From: Bugula neritina | Lineage: Eukaryota; Animalia; Bryozoa | Length of the DNA: 64,000 nucleotides | Reading direction: 5' to 3' | NCBI GenBank assembly: GCA_964035545.1 | Contig: OZ037765.1 | Span: 21,328,995 to 21,392,994, forward strand | Part shown: positions 12,701-24,700 of the stretch, in pieces | Numbering within the stretch: the first letter of the stretch is position 1 | Layout: each line of letters starts with the position of its first letter | The notes under the pieces: model-generated | What the model was told of the DNA's origin: nothing | Databases searched by the model: none | The model's input: the letters and a program-made list of their open reading frames with translations, nothing else | Program-made: the position numbers and the translations under genes

Positions 12701-15700
12701 AATCGAGCGAACTTCGCAGGGAAATCCCGGTTATCTTGATTATATAAGTGTTCCTGTGAGCCGTCAGAAACAATAGCTAATCCAGTCACGTTAGTAGTAA
12801 TAAGTAGCTGGGAATAATAGCTAATCCTATCATTGCCAACATAACACTTAGCTGTTACAATACTATAGCTATGTAATGATGTATATCTAGGAAAACACGC
12901 ATTCCATGGGAATGAAGTTAATAAAAATAAGGGAAATACAGCCTTAGTTATACTATACACAATTTTACCACATTATTTAAAATGTCAAAAAACTATAGAT
13001 TACGATAATTCACATTTGCACTTCTATAAATATACAAATTACGAGCTGAAAGATCACATCTCACAGTCATATTTCTATAGTTATTCATTTGTATAGTCAC
13101 GTGACCAGCAGGAATGCTGGCGCTGTTACGTCACAGTTCCCAGCTCATTTCAAAATCGGCGTTTTGGCTGTTACCAATCTACACCCTCAACTTCAACTAA
13201 CTTTTTCTACCTTTGGTCAAATGCTTTTTGTCAATGCATGCTTAGAAAAACACAATATTATGTGTGTTTGACCTAAATGGCCATTTATTAGACAAGATAG
13301 AGCAATCCTTTAAGCTCAGTATATATGCATGCAATTATGATGGCAAAGAAAGCTTTAATTATAAATTCCGATTCGTAGTAGAGTCTAATTATAAGAAGCT
13401 GTGCAATAGTACCAATGATTTTAAAAGCTATTCTACTTCTATTATAATAATATACTATTATGGTGTAATTTGATAAGCAACTTGTTTCAGTTAGTGCGTA
13501 CTAGGCAAATATTTTCGGGCTAATGAACTTTCGGAGGAATGGGAATAATGATCCGACCCCACATTGTATGCTATATTCTTATATAGTAAGCTGCAAGAAG
13601 ATAAAAAATCATTTCAACAGTGCAAAGAATGCATTTAGGCTTGGGATATTTTGTGTGCTATACAATATATGCCAATATTAAAATCGTATCCCCAACTCTC
13701 TTACTAGTAGTTTGAGTTTGTATTAAACTAAACTCTTCAGGGACATTCTAATTCTCAGTTCCACGTATATAAATAAAGACTAGACAGAAGAAACAAATGC
13801 TTTGAAGGCTAATGCATCTTATTGAAGTAATAATTACTACAAACTATTAAGAATGTATATAGAAGTAACGCTCCTATAAAAATATCATTATAGTCTGGCA
13901 GAAAAATGCCAATTTTTGACTTAGGTTCGCAATCTCGGATAAAGTTTTTTTCTCTCCTGATTATTCAAATATAGGGTCTAGGTAAATGTTTCCAGGTGGG
14001 TGTGGACTTCTTACCCTTGAGCATTTCGAGAAATTCAAGATGGCCGCCAGGCACCAAACGATTTTTTCTAATTCAAATGTACCTACCCATTGGGGCTAAA
14101 TTTAAGGTTCCAATGCTTTGAAATCTTTAGAAATTAATATAATAAAGATGCATGTGCCTTTATTATATGTATTATTATTATTGAGTAATAGGTAAATGAT
14201 ACCCAATGGTAACTAAGCTAAGCCTTAATCATTCATTTTTTAAAGTTTTACCTAGCCTTGCCGTGTTTATAATTTCCTTGCATCTCTGCATCAGTTTGTT
14301 CTAACTTCATGAAAATTTACTATATGGTGTGATTTTATATGCTGATTACAAATATGTCCACCAAATAAAGCTGAAAGGGGTTCTGCAAACTTAAAATGCA
14401 ACGTCATTGCCATATGAGCTAAATAGCAATTTATTTCCAACTGGCATGCCTATCGAAAAGGTTTGTTGAGCTGCCAACTTAATAGTTATTTTCAGTTTTA
14501 AAATTTAGCTATGTTTTTTAAAGTTATAAAAAGGGGTCAACAACCTTAATAACACAGCACCATGGCTTCTTAACATAATTTAATTGCTTTATTATTGACA
14601 CATCATTTATCTAAATATTGACATTTTTGCTTTCGAAAACTATTTCTACAATCACCACATTTCACTTTTCCTCTAAAAGCATTTGTAAATAGTTGTTTAT
14701 GAATGAAAATGTATTTCATGCTAAGGGAAGTAATACATCTATTAGAACAGTGGTTCCCTACCTTTTTCATACCAATCCCCTTTCATTAACGTTTACTATT
14801 AATTTCTCCCTTTTTAATGACCTATGTTGGGTGCACTGGAACACTAATAGCTGAAAGCGATTTGGTAGAAGTAGTTAATTCTACTTTTGGTGGTTTCTCC
14901 AAAATGCTAAATAGAAAAAGTTTCTCCATAATGTACAAGGTCTGAGAATATTGGTGGGAGAACTGTTAAAGCCAGTCTTGATGAAAGTGTAATCACTAGC
15001 ATGAAGAAGCTTAAAAAGATGTTGATTAAGATTGCAGAGAGCTCAAGAACAGCAAAACTGTGGGCCATGTGCTTTATTGGACCAATTTTTACCATCAACA
15101 CCCACATCATAGCTGTTAGAGAATGAGACTGGGCCTTACACCTAGCAATGGAAGAGGAAATGCACTATCTGCATAGCGTGAAGGTCATACCACAAGATGT
15201 AAGGATTTAACTTGCGGCTGGTAACCACACAATGCATCATAAACGCGGCCAGCTCGACGGCATCTGGTCGGACATGACCATTGAGGTGACCTTCGTAAGA
15301 TTTGGTCACAGCAAGGGGGAATCATTGGCATCACCACTAAATCCGAAACTCTCAAGGTGTAGGTGTACAGCACTTTTGCATGCAACAAGATACAGTATGG
15401 CCGCAGTGACATCAGGGATGAGTCTGAAATAAATGCTTTTACTGCTCATAAGGATGAGATGCAATCAAAAATCCAATCTGATTCAAAGGACAGGGAGTCT
15501 GTCAAACGCAAGATTGAACTCTGCAATGACCCACTCAAAGAATGATGCCACCCAGTTGCTCTTGTCAATATTGAAGCAGATAAGTGCAACTGAGATGAGG
15601 ATGCTTCGAAACATTTACAATATGAATTGGGAAGACCATGTAACAAATGATAATATAAAGGAAGAGGCCAAAATAGAAGCTATCGCAATAGACATGAGGA

Positions 15701-18700
15701 GGAGACCTTTTCAATGGTATGGACATGTGCGCAGAAGAGATACGGAGGAAGATATTATAATGGTAGCTGAGATGAAGATACAGAGAAAGAGAAAGAGAGG
15801 GGGGGGGCAAAAAAATGTTAATGGATACAGTGAAGGATGGCATACTGAAATGTGGCTTCTCAGATGAAGATGTTGACAATAGAATCAGATGACACTCTCT
15901 GATAGCACTTGGTGCCCTGCAAAACCGCTACTCATCCTGGACCACAGCGTATACTGGGTGAGAAAGTTCGAGACAAAGTCCTATAATGAACAATTTGCTG
16001 TCTTCCCATGGCCTCTCAGGGGCAACAATGTAAAATATTGGAAAGGGAGTCATACTAAATGTCTTGGTAGAAGGAAAGTGTGATTTGGTGACACTAGTGC
16101 TTTTTTTCAGGATGACTATTCATACAAGCTACCAAGTTTATGCTATGTTGCTACAATTATGCAAAGTGCTCCTCCATGACATCTACAAGACAAAAGGCTT
16201 GGGAAACCAAGGTCAGCAATGCTATTTGCGATGTGCCTTTAACTTATGTACTTTGCCTCCTACAGATGAAGCTATTGGACAATGTCACCAGAGCACACCT
16301 CCAGGTAGCCATATGAAACTGCGGCATTAAACCCACTAGAACATTGGTAGGTGATAGGGAATCTAATAGAATCTCTTTTCCCAAAAGGAGTAGGAAATGA
16401 TGTTGTGCTTACACCAGACAGTATTATGAAGTGGATCATGTTAGTTAATTTGGTGTACACTCGACGACTCTAGCTTTTGGCGATTTTTTACGATTTAGCT
16501 GCTATTGTATATAGATTTTTGCCTCAAACTATCAAAATTTTAACAAATAAAACTGAATAATTTTCAGTTATGCATTATTTTCTATGTCCATTCCTAATTT
16601 ATTATTACATTGGGATATTATATAGGCCGTGATGATTCACAAATGTATATTTAGCTTGTATGACAATGACGCCGCGCTTAAATGTTGCAAGACCTCTTCC
16701 TAGTCATTTTTGTTATGCATAGATAGAATCAGCAAATACTATTACCCCATATAGTAAGTTTTCATGAATTTTGAGCAAACTTTAAAATGTCTGATCATAA
16801 ACTGCTGATGTGTACTAAATAAAGTCAAATGGCCCAAATTCATTAAATGCTCCTGTGGAAGCCAACAATCATGCAAAACAACATGATATGGCTATTCTAG
16901 TACATCTATCCTATGCACAGAGTTCTGCCCTTGTGAAGCAGTAACAGGAGTGTGCTGCAATGAACTAACATTTCTAACAAATGCTAATGATAGAAAAAAA
17001 TGAAAAAGGTGTTTAATATGAACATGAGTGAAAGTTTGTCGCATTTGTACGATTATATATATGTTCAATTTTAACTTTAGCTGAGCAATATGCTGCATCT
17101 GTATCTTTTTTTCACTTTCTATTCACTGGCAATAAGCAATGTTTTTTTTTATATATCTGTCCAGTGTCCAAACAGTTATTCAAAAACTTTGTATCATTTC
17201 TCTGCACCATATGTGATGTTTTATTGAAGCAATTCCGATTTTTGAGCTGAGAAACATGTCTCTTGGCTCTTTACTTTGATTCCTTTTTACTGGCATGGCA
17301 CATATTCATTCTAAAAATGCACATCTATTTTAATCATCAAAAACATTTTGTTTTTGCAACATAATACAGACTTTATGCCGGCTAGATTACGATTTTTTCA
17401 TAATTGGCGGCCATCTTGGATTTCTCGAAATGCTCAAGGGTGACAGGTCCACACCCACCTGGAAACATCTACCTGGACCCTCAAGATAAACAATCAAAAG
17501 AGAAAAAAACTTTATCCGATATTGCGAACCTAACCCCCAGTTCTGCCAGACTATTAGCTAATAGCATTAGTTGACACTAGCTTGTAGACAATTTATTACG
17601 TAACAACTATTTAGGGAATGCTTTACTCAGAGCTGTATTATAATTTCAGTAGATATCTTTCTGCACTGAGCTTTGACACACAATGCTTGGGAAATGTTAT
17701 TATATATTTGTTGACAGATACTCAGTTTTTATTTAAGATACCATTTTCTAACCGCTGGGTACTAAGTTACTGCCAAGTTAGTCCACGCCTGTGATGCATG
17801 CACAGATAATAATATTTTGATAGATTGTATGGAGGGACTTATCAAATTATATTTTAGAACTTTGTATTAGTGAGCAGAGTCATCCAAACTAGAGGCACAT
17901 ATGTTTATGGCATACAATCAAAATTTGCCCTGCCATATTACTGCCAGCATCCAAGTATACCATCTGCTTCATATGTAACACACTGAAGTCTGAACGCTAT
18001 CTATTTGCTGGACAATATCACAATTAGCAGTTTATTTGTCAAAAATGATTATATATCTGTTTTCATGATATTTATTGTTTTGTAGATGTACAGAGTTGAC
18101 AAATCTGTAAAAGACCTGCAAGAAAGGAATAATTCAGAGAGCAGTGTTCTTAACTTCAACTGGACTTCTCTTTGTATTCGGTAAAAACCTTTTTATCAGT
18201 CACGAAGAAAAACGTACATATTTGCAACTTAAGCTTGAATTTTATGTTTGAAAGTATATAACAAGCTCTAATACCATATACGTATTTGTACCTTGCACTC
18301 TACTAAGTTGTTGACAGTATTACAAGTACTATATAGTTTGCATATTGAATGATTATTTGGCCAATATACAGTTTTATTTTGTCTACTTTACATTATTTGT
18401 TGACGGAGCTCTGCTACATGACTTTTTTTAAAATCTTTCAATGTTAGATGTTGATATTTCATTTTCTTGAATATAAGATGCTATCATCTCATATTGAGTA
18501 ACTCCAAAACAACGTAACTTCAAGTTTATGGTTTTTAAAGCTCAGTAAAAATAGTAAAAATAAGACCAGGTACTTTAATAAAAAATTTGTTTGTTGTGTT
18601 TTAGTATATCAGGACAGTGTTGGTCAAACAGCATTTTGCAGCTGTGGAACTACAATGAGTTGGCTATTGACAATATTCAGACCAAAAAGGAAGTATTAGA

Positions 18701-21700
18701 TAGAATTTCCTACTTTACTAGTCAAGGGGCATCTAATTCTGAATTTGTTCCTAGTAACTGGCTAGGTGATATATCATACGATGAAGCTGGTGAAATAATA
18801 GGAGCCAAAGCAGCGAAAATGCTTTACGTTATTCAAGCTACAAGCACCGATGAAATGAATACTAAAATATTGGTAATTATTATTCTGCTCATATCTTTTA
18901 ATGTTTTATTTTATTGTTAACAATAGCATGCCAAAGCTAACCATTCTGTGTGCTTTTGTGGCGGCTGCAGTTTTAATAGCCATGCTTTTTATGAATACAT
19001 GTCAATGTGGAATTTACTTTTACTCATAATTTCAGCAAAAATTAAAGAGTTTTTACTATAGAAGTGCCTTTAGATGTCTACTTTTTAAATTTAGACAAAT
19101 CAAATTGCAGCCATATAAAACTCTGCCTTATTATGTCTTTATGTGCAGCTTTCTCGACAATTAAAATTTCTATAAAAGCATATCTATATACGCATATAAG
19201 CTACGTATTGATTTATGCTAGAGTTAATAGCTGCAGAGTAATACTTTGCCATCTTTGGCTTTAATGCTTAATGCAGTTTCTATTTATATAAATTACATTA
19301 TAAAAAATTTAGCATTTCAAGTGCTGCATACACATAGCTGGTTTCTTAATGGGTTAAGGCTATGTAGGTTTAAACAATTATTGATATAGCAGCTTGCCAT
19401 TTGTCTATGAAACTTTTCAACAAGTCATCTGTATAATAAAATTGCGCTATTCTCTTATTAACTAGGGACCAGACTTGCTTTGGGAGACTAAATTCATAGA
19501 ACTTGGACTAAAATTTGATCGGACAAGTGCTGAACCAATCAGAAACGTGTCTGTGAGTGCAGTCAGAAGGTGCGTATAACAATAACTACAAGATCTGCAG
19601 TTGAAAGCAGTCATGCTTTGAAAACTAGTGACTGGCTTTAAAGTGTCTAATTTTGCATGTTTATAAATATAAAAAATCGATTAGGCTATTTATGTAAAAA
19701 ATGTCTATGTTCATGAGAGTTGTTGTAGGAAGGTCTATGTAGTAAATTACTATTAGACCTACTAACTATTAAGTGATTTTTAGATGCTTTTAAAAATATG
19801 AAACGTGTTTCATACTTTATGTAATAAATTAATCATTAATGAACAATAATTCTAATGAGATGGAAACTGTTGAATTTGATCAGTTTTCTAATCAAATAAT
19901 AACATTTTTCTGAAACTTTATAATACAATTTAGCTGCTGATATACAACGCATCTATATGCTTGAATATAAATTAAGTTTGTTTAGGTTTGGAATAATTTA
20001 GTTCCTTTTGTTCATAAGACAACTATTGATTAATTTTGTGTACCTGTTTAGCTTCAGAGATGAGTCAGACAACTCCTTTGAGAATGATGTGGTGCTGCTC
20101 ATGGCTGGTGTCGGTGTCATAGTCACATATGTCACTATCATACTTGGGAAGTTTAACGAGCTGGAGCATAAGGTTGGTGGCTTGACTTGATATACTATAA
20201 TCTTCATGGTTCATAAAATACAAAAACCACCTTTTAAGTATTCGTTTATTTCAAAAAGTATACAGGGAAAGTTAGTGTTGAAAGTGTTGAAAGGGTGCAA
20301 TAGGCTAAAACTGTTATAATTTTAAAATAATCTTAGGTCTGAAAAGAACCAATGATAGTAAGTGTTAATTGATAATATATACTTAGTTTCAACATACTAT
20401 TTCGCAGAGCTCAAACAAAATATGTTACGAAACTTCCTATTTACTTTTTATGCATAAACTAAACTGCTGGAAATATGTCTAACGTAACATTGTAGCATTT
20501 TCATGCAGGAACTCTGTAGTCTTGGTAAACTGTTATAAAAATTACCATGAACTGAATATTTTTGTAAAGCAATAAAACATCATTTATATTTGATACAAAC
20601 AATGAGTAGCATAAATACTCCTTTATTTGTCAGATTTGATGTGTTCTCTTTTTAATAAAATCCCCTAAACATGGCAAAGATATTCTGTTGCTTTCTGAGC
20701 TAGATTTCTATGCAAAAACTTTGATACTCAGGATTACAATTCAAGAGGAAAGTTTTTGTAACTAGGTAATCTTTGACACATTCACAACAGTCAATGTTTT
20801 ATTCCAGTTCTATACAAATGCAAGTTAATACTACCAGTTATATAAAATAAGAGAGCCAACTATTACACGTATATTTGTGTAGATAAAACATACAACTTAG
20901 ATAACTGAAGCTACCGAAAAAGTGTATGTCTCACACTTGATTATATAAAACATTTAAATTTGATAACAAAATAATTCCATATTTGACTGAAAAACTATGA
21001 ATAATGCTGTTGTCGATTTGATAAAGGTTTACTTGGCTTTAGTTGGAGTGTTTGGCATTGGTTTGGCTAGTTTAGTATCATATGGAATGGCATCAGCTAT
21101 AGGAATGTTCTATGGACCAATACATCCTATTCTACCTTTCTTATTACTCGGTGAGTTTGTTTCATCTGTCTGTGTAGAACATTGAATGGCAGCAACTTTA
21201 ACGGTTTTAGATAACTCATATAATAGGTAAGCTTGTCTAATCAAAGGCTTTATATAGACGATAAAATATTTCATTTGTTGAATGCTGTCGTAATCAATTA
21301 ACTTTTACCTGTTGCACAAAGTGGCTGCAAAAAAATATAGTAACACTAAAAATGTTTAGATTTAAAAAAAAGTTATATTTAACATTAGGTTATGATAATT
21401 TTCTTATTTCGATAATTTGAGTATATATTTTCTCCTTTCAGGTTTAGGGGTTGACGACATGTTTGTGATTATTGAAGCGTGGAACAACTTGACGATTTTT
21501 GAAAGAAAAAAAGATTTGAGAGTGCAAGTAGCTATTGCACTGCAGCATGCTGGGGTTTCCATTACTGTTACTTCTATAACAGATTTTGTAGCCTTCAGTA
21601 TAGGTGCTACCACTGTAAGTGACTAGAGAAACATTATTATAGCGCATTACAATTTGAGTTGTGTTTAAGGGTTGTGTATGTATTACCATTATATATATTT

Positions 21701-24700
21701 ATGTAATACAACATTATTTTGGAATGAGTCATCTGTCTTCATGATCAAATTATCAAATCCCAAAGGTTTGTCAAAAGCACTGCAAGTTTATATATATTTG
21801 GTGTATATATAGCTTTACATTATCCATCTGTACAAACTGTTTAAAATTCAAAATGGCAGCTGAGGCAAGTTTCAAAATTATTTTTAGCAGCTGCTACAAA
21901 AACGGGCAAAGTTAAAAATAAGTCGCTCAATCAGCTGTATTATAACTGACTGAAGTTTATGTATTGTTTATAACTTAATTTTTGTAGACTCTCCCAGCAT
22001 TGAAGTCTTTCTGCGTATACGCAGCACTGGGAATCATAAGTCTGTTTATCATACAGTCTTCTTTCTTTGTTGCTTGGTTAACAATTGACCAACGTCGCCA
22101 GGATACCTCGAGAGATGCCTGCTGTATTTGGATCAAATACGTAAACTTTAAACCAAACCAGTGTAGTCAAAGAGCATTCTTGCCATGGTTTCTGAAAAAG
22201 TACTTTTCTCCAAGTCTTTTATCTCTTCCAATTAAAGTATGTTTATCAAATGTCTGTCAAATTTTGAATTATTGGAAATGTTTTGCAACATCAAAGATTT
22301 TTTAATAGCGTTAGTTCTATCAAAAAATTGTTTGTGTAATAGAACAATCAGGCTCCAAACACAAAATTACACGCTCATGTTAAGCAACAACATCTTTTTG
22401 ATGAACAAAATTTTTATTATAGACATGTTATTTATATTATTTATTAGATAAGCCTCTTCAGATAAACTGCTGAAAACTTGTGTCCCCAAATGACCTTACA
22501 AACGATAGTAAACTAAAACTGGTCAATTATTGATGTTTTGAAAAACTATATTAACTTGTTCTTGCTTTACAAATTGACATCTGGAACATATTGGATGCTA
22601 ATTGTGAGTTATATAACTATAATCTGATGGAAACTAGCAATGCAGCATGCCAGTATTGTATGGCATGTAATAGATTTGAAATGTATTGCATATGTATACC
22701 ATATATGTTTTATTCTCACTATCAATAGCACTTCGTTATTTCTTTTATATCATTACTTGAAATAGGATGAGTAATTTCTCTAAATGTTTCGGCACTTAGA
22801 TGTGTAGCCACATTTATAATGTCTTCTACTTTACATAAATCCTTGTATACATCTGTGTTGCAGACATTTGTAACAAGTCTCCTGATTGGTATGTTGGCCA
22901 TCAGTGCATATGGGACATACATGCTGAAAACTGATTCAGATTTAGCCTGGTTCTTGCCCAGAAATTCTTATCTTACGACGTTCTTAGAAACACAAGAAGA
23001 ATATTTCAACAGAGGAATAATGGCTAATTTATATCTAGGCAAGAGAAATTATATATAAATGCAAATCAACTTAAATACTAACTTGGTTTATCGGGAATAA
23101 ATAAATCAATGTTATTTATTATTTAAAATTTATTTGTTTGATTTATTTACAGGAGAGATCGATTATTTCAGAGCCAATACTGAAATTTATAACATGACTT
23201 CTGAATTGGAAGATAGTAAATTTGTAACAGCCAACAGCATGGCCAGTTGGCAAGCAGAATTTAACATGTGGTTGAAAGATGAAGGTGAATTTGACAAAAA
23301 CCTGATAGACGAGAGTAAGTCCAGACACCGTTTCAAGTTCCAAACCCTCCTCTATGATGTAGATTAAAGTTTCATAATTGACTTCCATGTGACCTAGTAC
23401 AAGCGCTTGTGTTAAATATTTCAAGACTTTTAGGATGTTATTTTTTACTTAATTTCTTATGTTAATATTATATAATTGACGGTTCTCTTTTTTCTTGTAC
23501 TTTAGATTCTTACCCTATTGGGGAGACGGAATATTACTTGCTACTTGACAAGTATTTGATGCATAATGGCCGCCAATATCTTGCGTCAGTCAAATGGAAT
23601 GATACAGACAATAAAAACTTCAGTTATGTTATGGTAATTTCTTTTTTTTATAAATGAAGACTGTTGCATAAATCGCAATAAATTTAGTATAGAAAGATAT
23701 TTTTTAAACAGCTTTACTCATTTTTGTGTAATAAATTAAATCATTATGCTATGTATAATAGTTGGTGCATTATAATTTTAAAACCTGCTTTTATTTTTAG
23801 GCATCTAAGATCAGTTTTATGGTGAAGAAGTTAGACACCTCGGATGATGATACAGAGGCTTTAAATTTTTTTGAAGATTTATGTAAAAGATATTTCCCAA
23901 ATAAGTCATTTGTATGGGCAGTGCAATTTAGAACCTGGGAAACTAATCGTGTAATTCAACGAGAGCTTTACGTCAATATCGGACTAGCATTTGCAGCTGT
24001 GTTCGTTGTGACTTTATTGCTGGTGGCTAATCTTTTCTCTTGCATTCTCGTCTGCGTCTGTGTAATATTTACACTGGTGAGTTCGCACAAGTAGCGGTTC
24101 CTAGATTCAAATGTGTAAAGCCATGCTTTGCTTTAGACTCATTTTTATATCTGAAAGAGTCGTCGCAATGCCTGGTATTATAAATAAAAAATATTACAAA
24201 CGTTCGTATTTAGGTTTATACCCTGAATAAAGCAATAAAGTTATTTTTATATTATGGCATGTTAGGTAAAGTAAATGAACAATTACACAGTTGTAAATGA
24301 CCGTCAAGCATAGGATGTTAGAGCATGGATGTGTGATAATCCTGCAGGCAGTATATGAGATCAGTTGAAACATGTGTGCACTGGTTGCTTTATCCTAGAT
24401 TTTGACAATATATTACTTGATAATTATTAATAATGTAGAGGGATATTGCATGCATTCTGTTCTTTATAGTGCCATGTTTGTTTTCAGGTGAATGTTTGTG
24501 GGTTTATGCATTTCTGGGGATTAACTATTGATACACTTACATCTATCTTATTGATTCTGTCCATTGGCTTGGCTATTGATTACTCAGCGCATATTGGTCA
24601 TAAATTTATGACCATACATGGAAATCGCAATGGTAAGTTATTACTCATTAGCTGTACTACAACTCGTCTATAAATAGCTATATATGCACCATATGAAAAC

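Larger units (their letters stand above)
4316..12972 (-). mobile_element. Full-length Ty3/Gypsy LTR retrotransposon (8657 bp), antisense in intron 2 of the PTCHD-like gene
   Basis: Two 718-bp TG...CA LTRs; 4-bp TSD TTAT (4312-4315, 12973-12976); PBS; PPT; uninterrupted gag and PR-RT-RH-IN pol. Confidence 0.98.

Noticed and set aside
12610-12722. Heat-shock element in the LTR
   Set aside because: Only one correctly spaced GAAnnTTC pair; no three-unit array.
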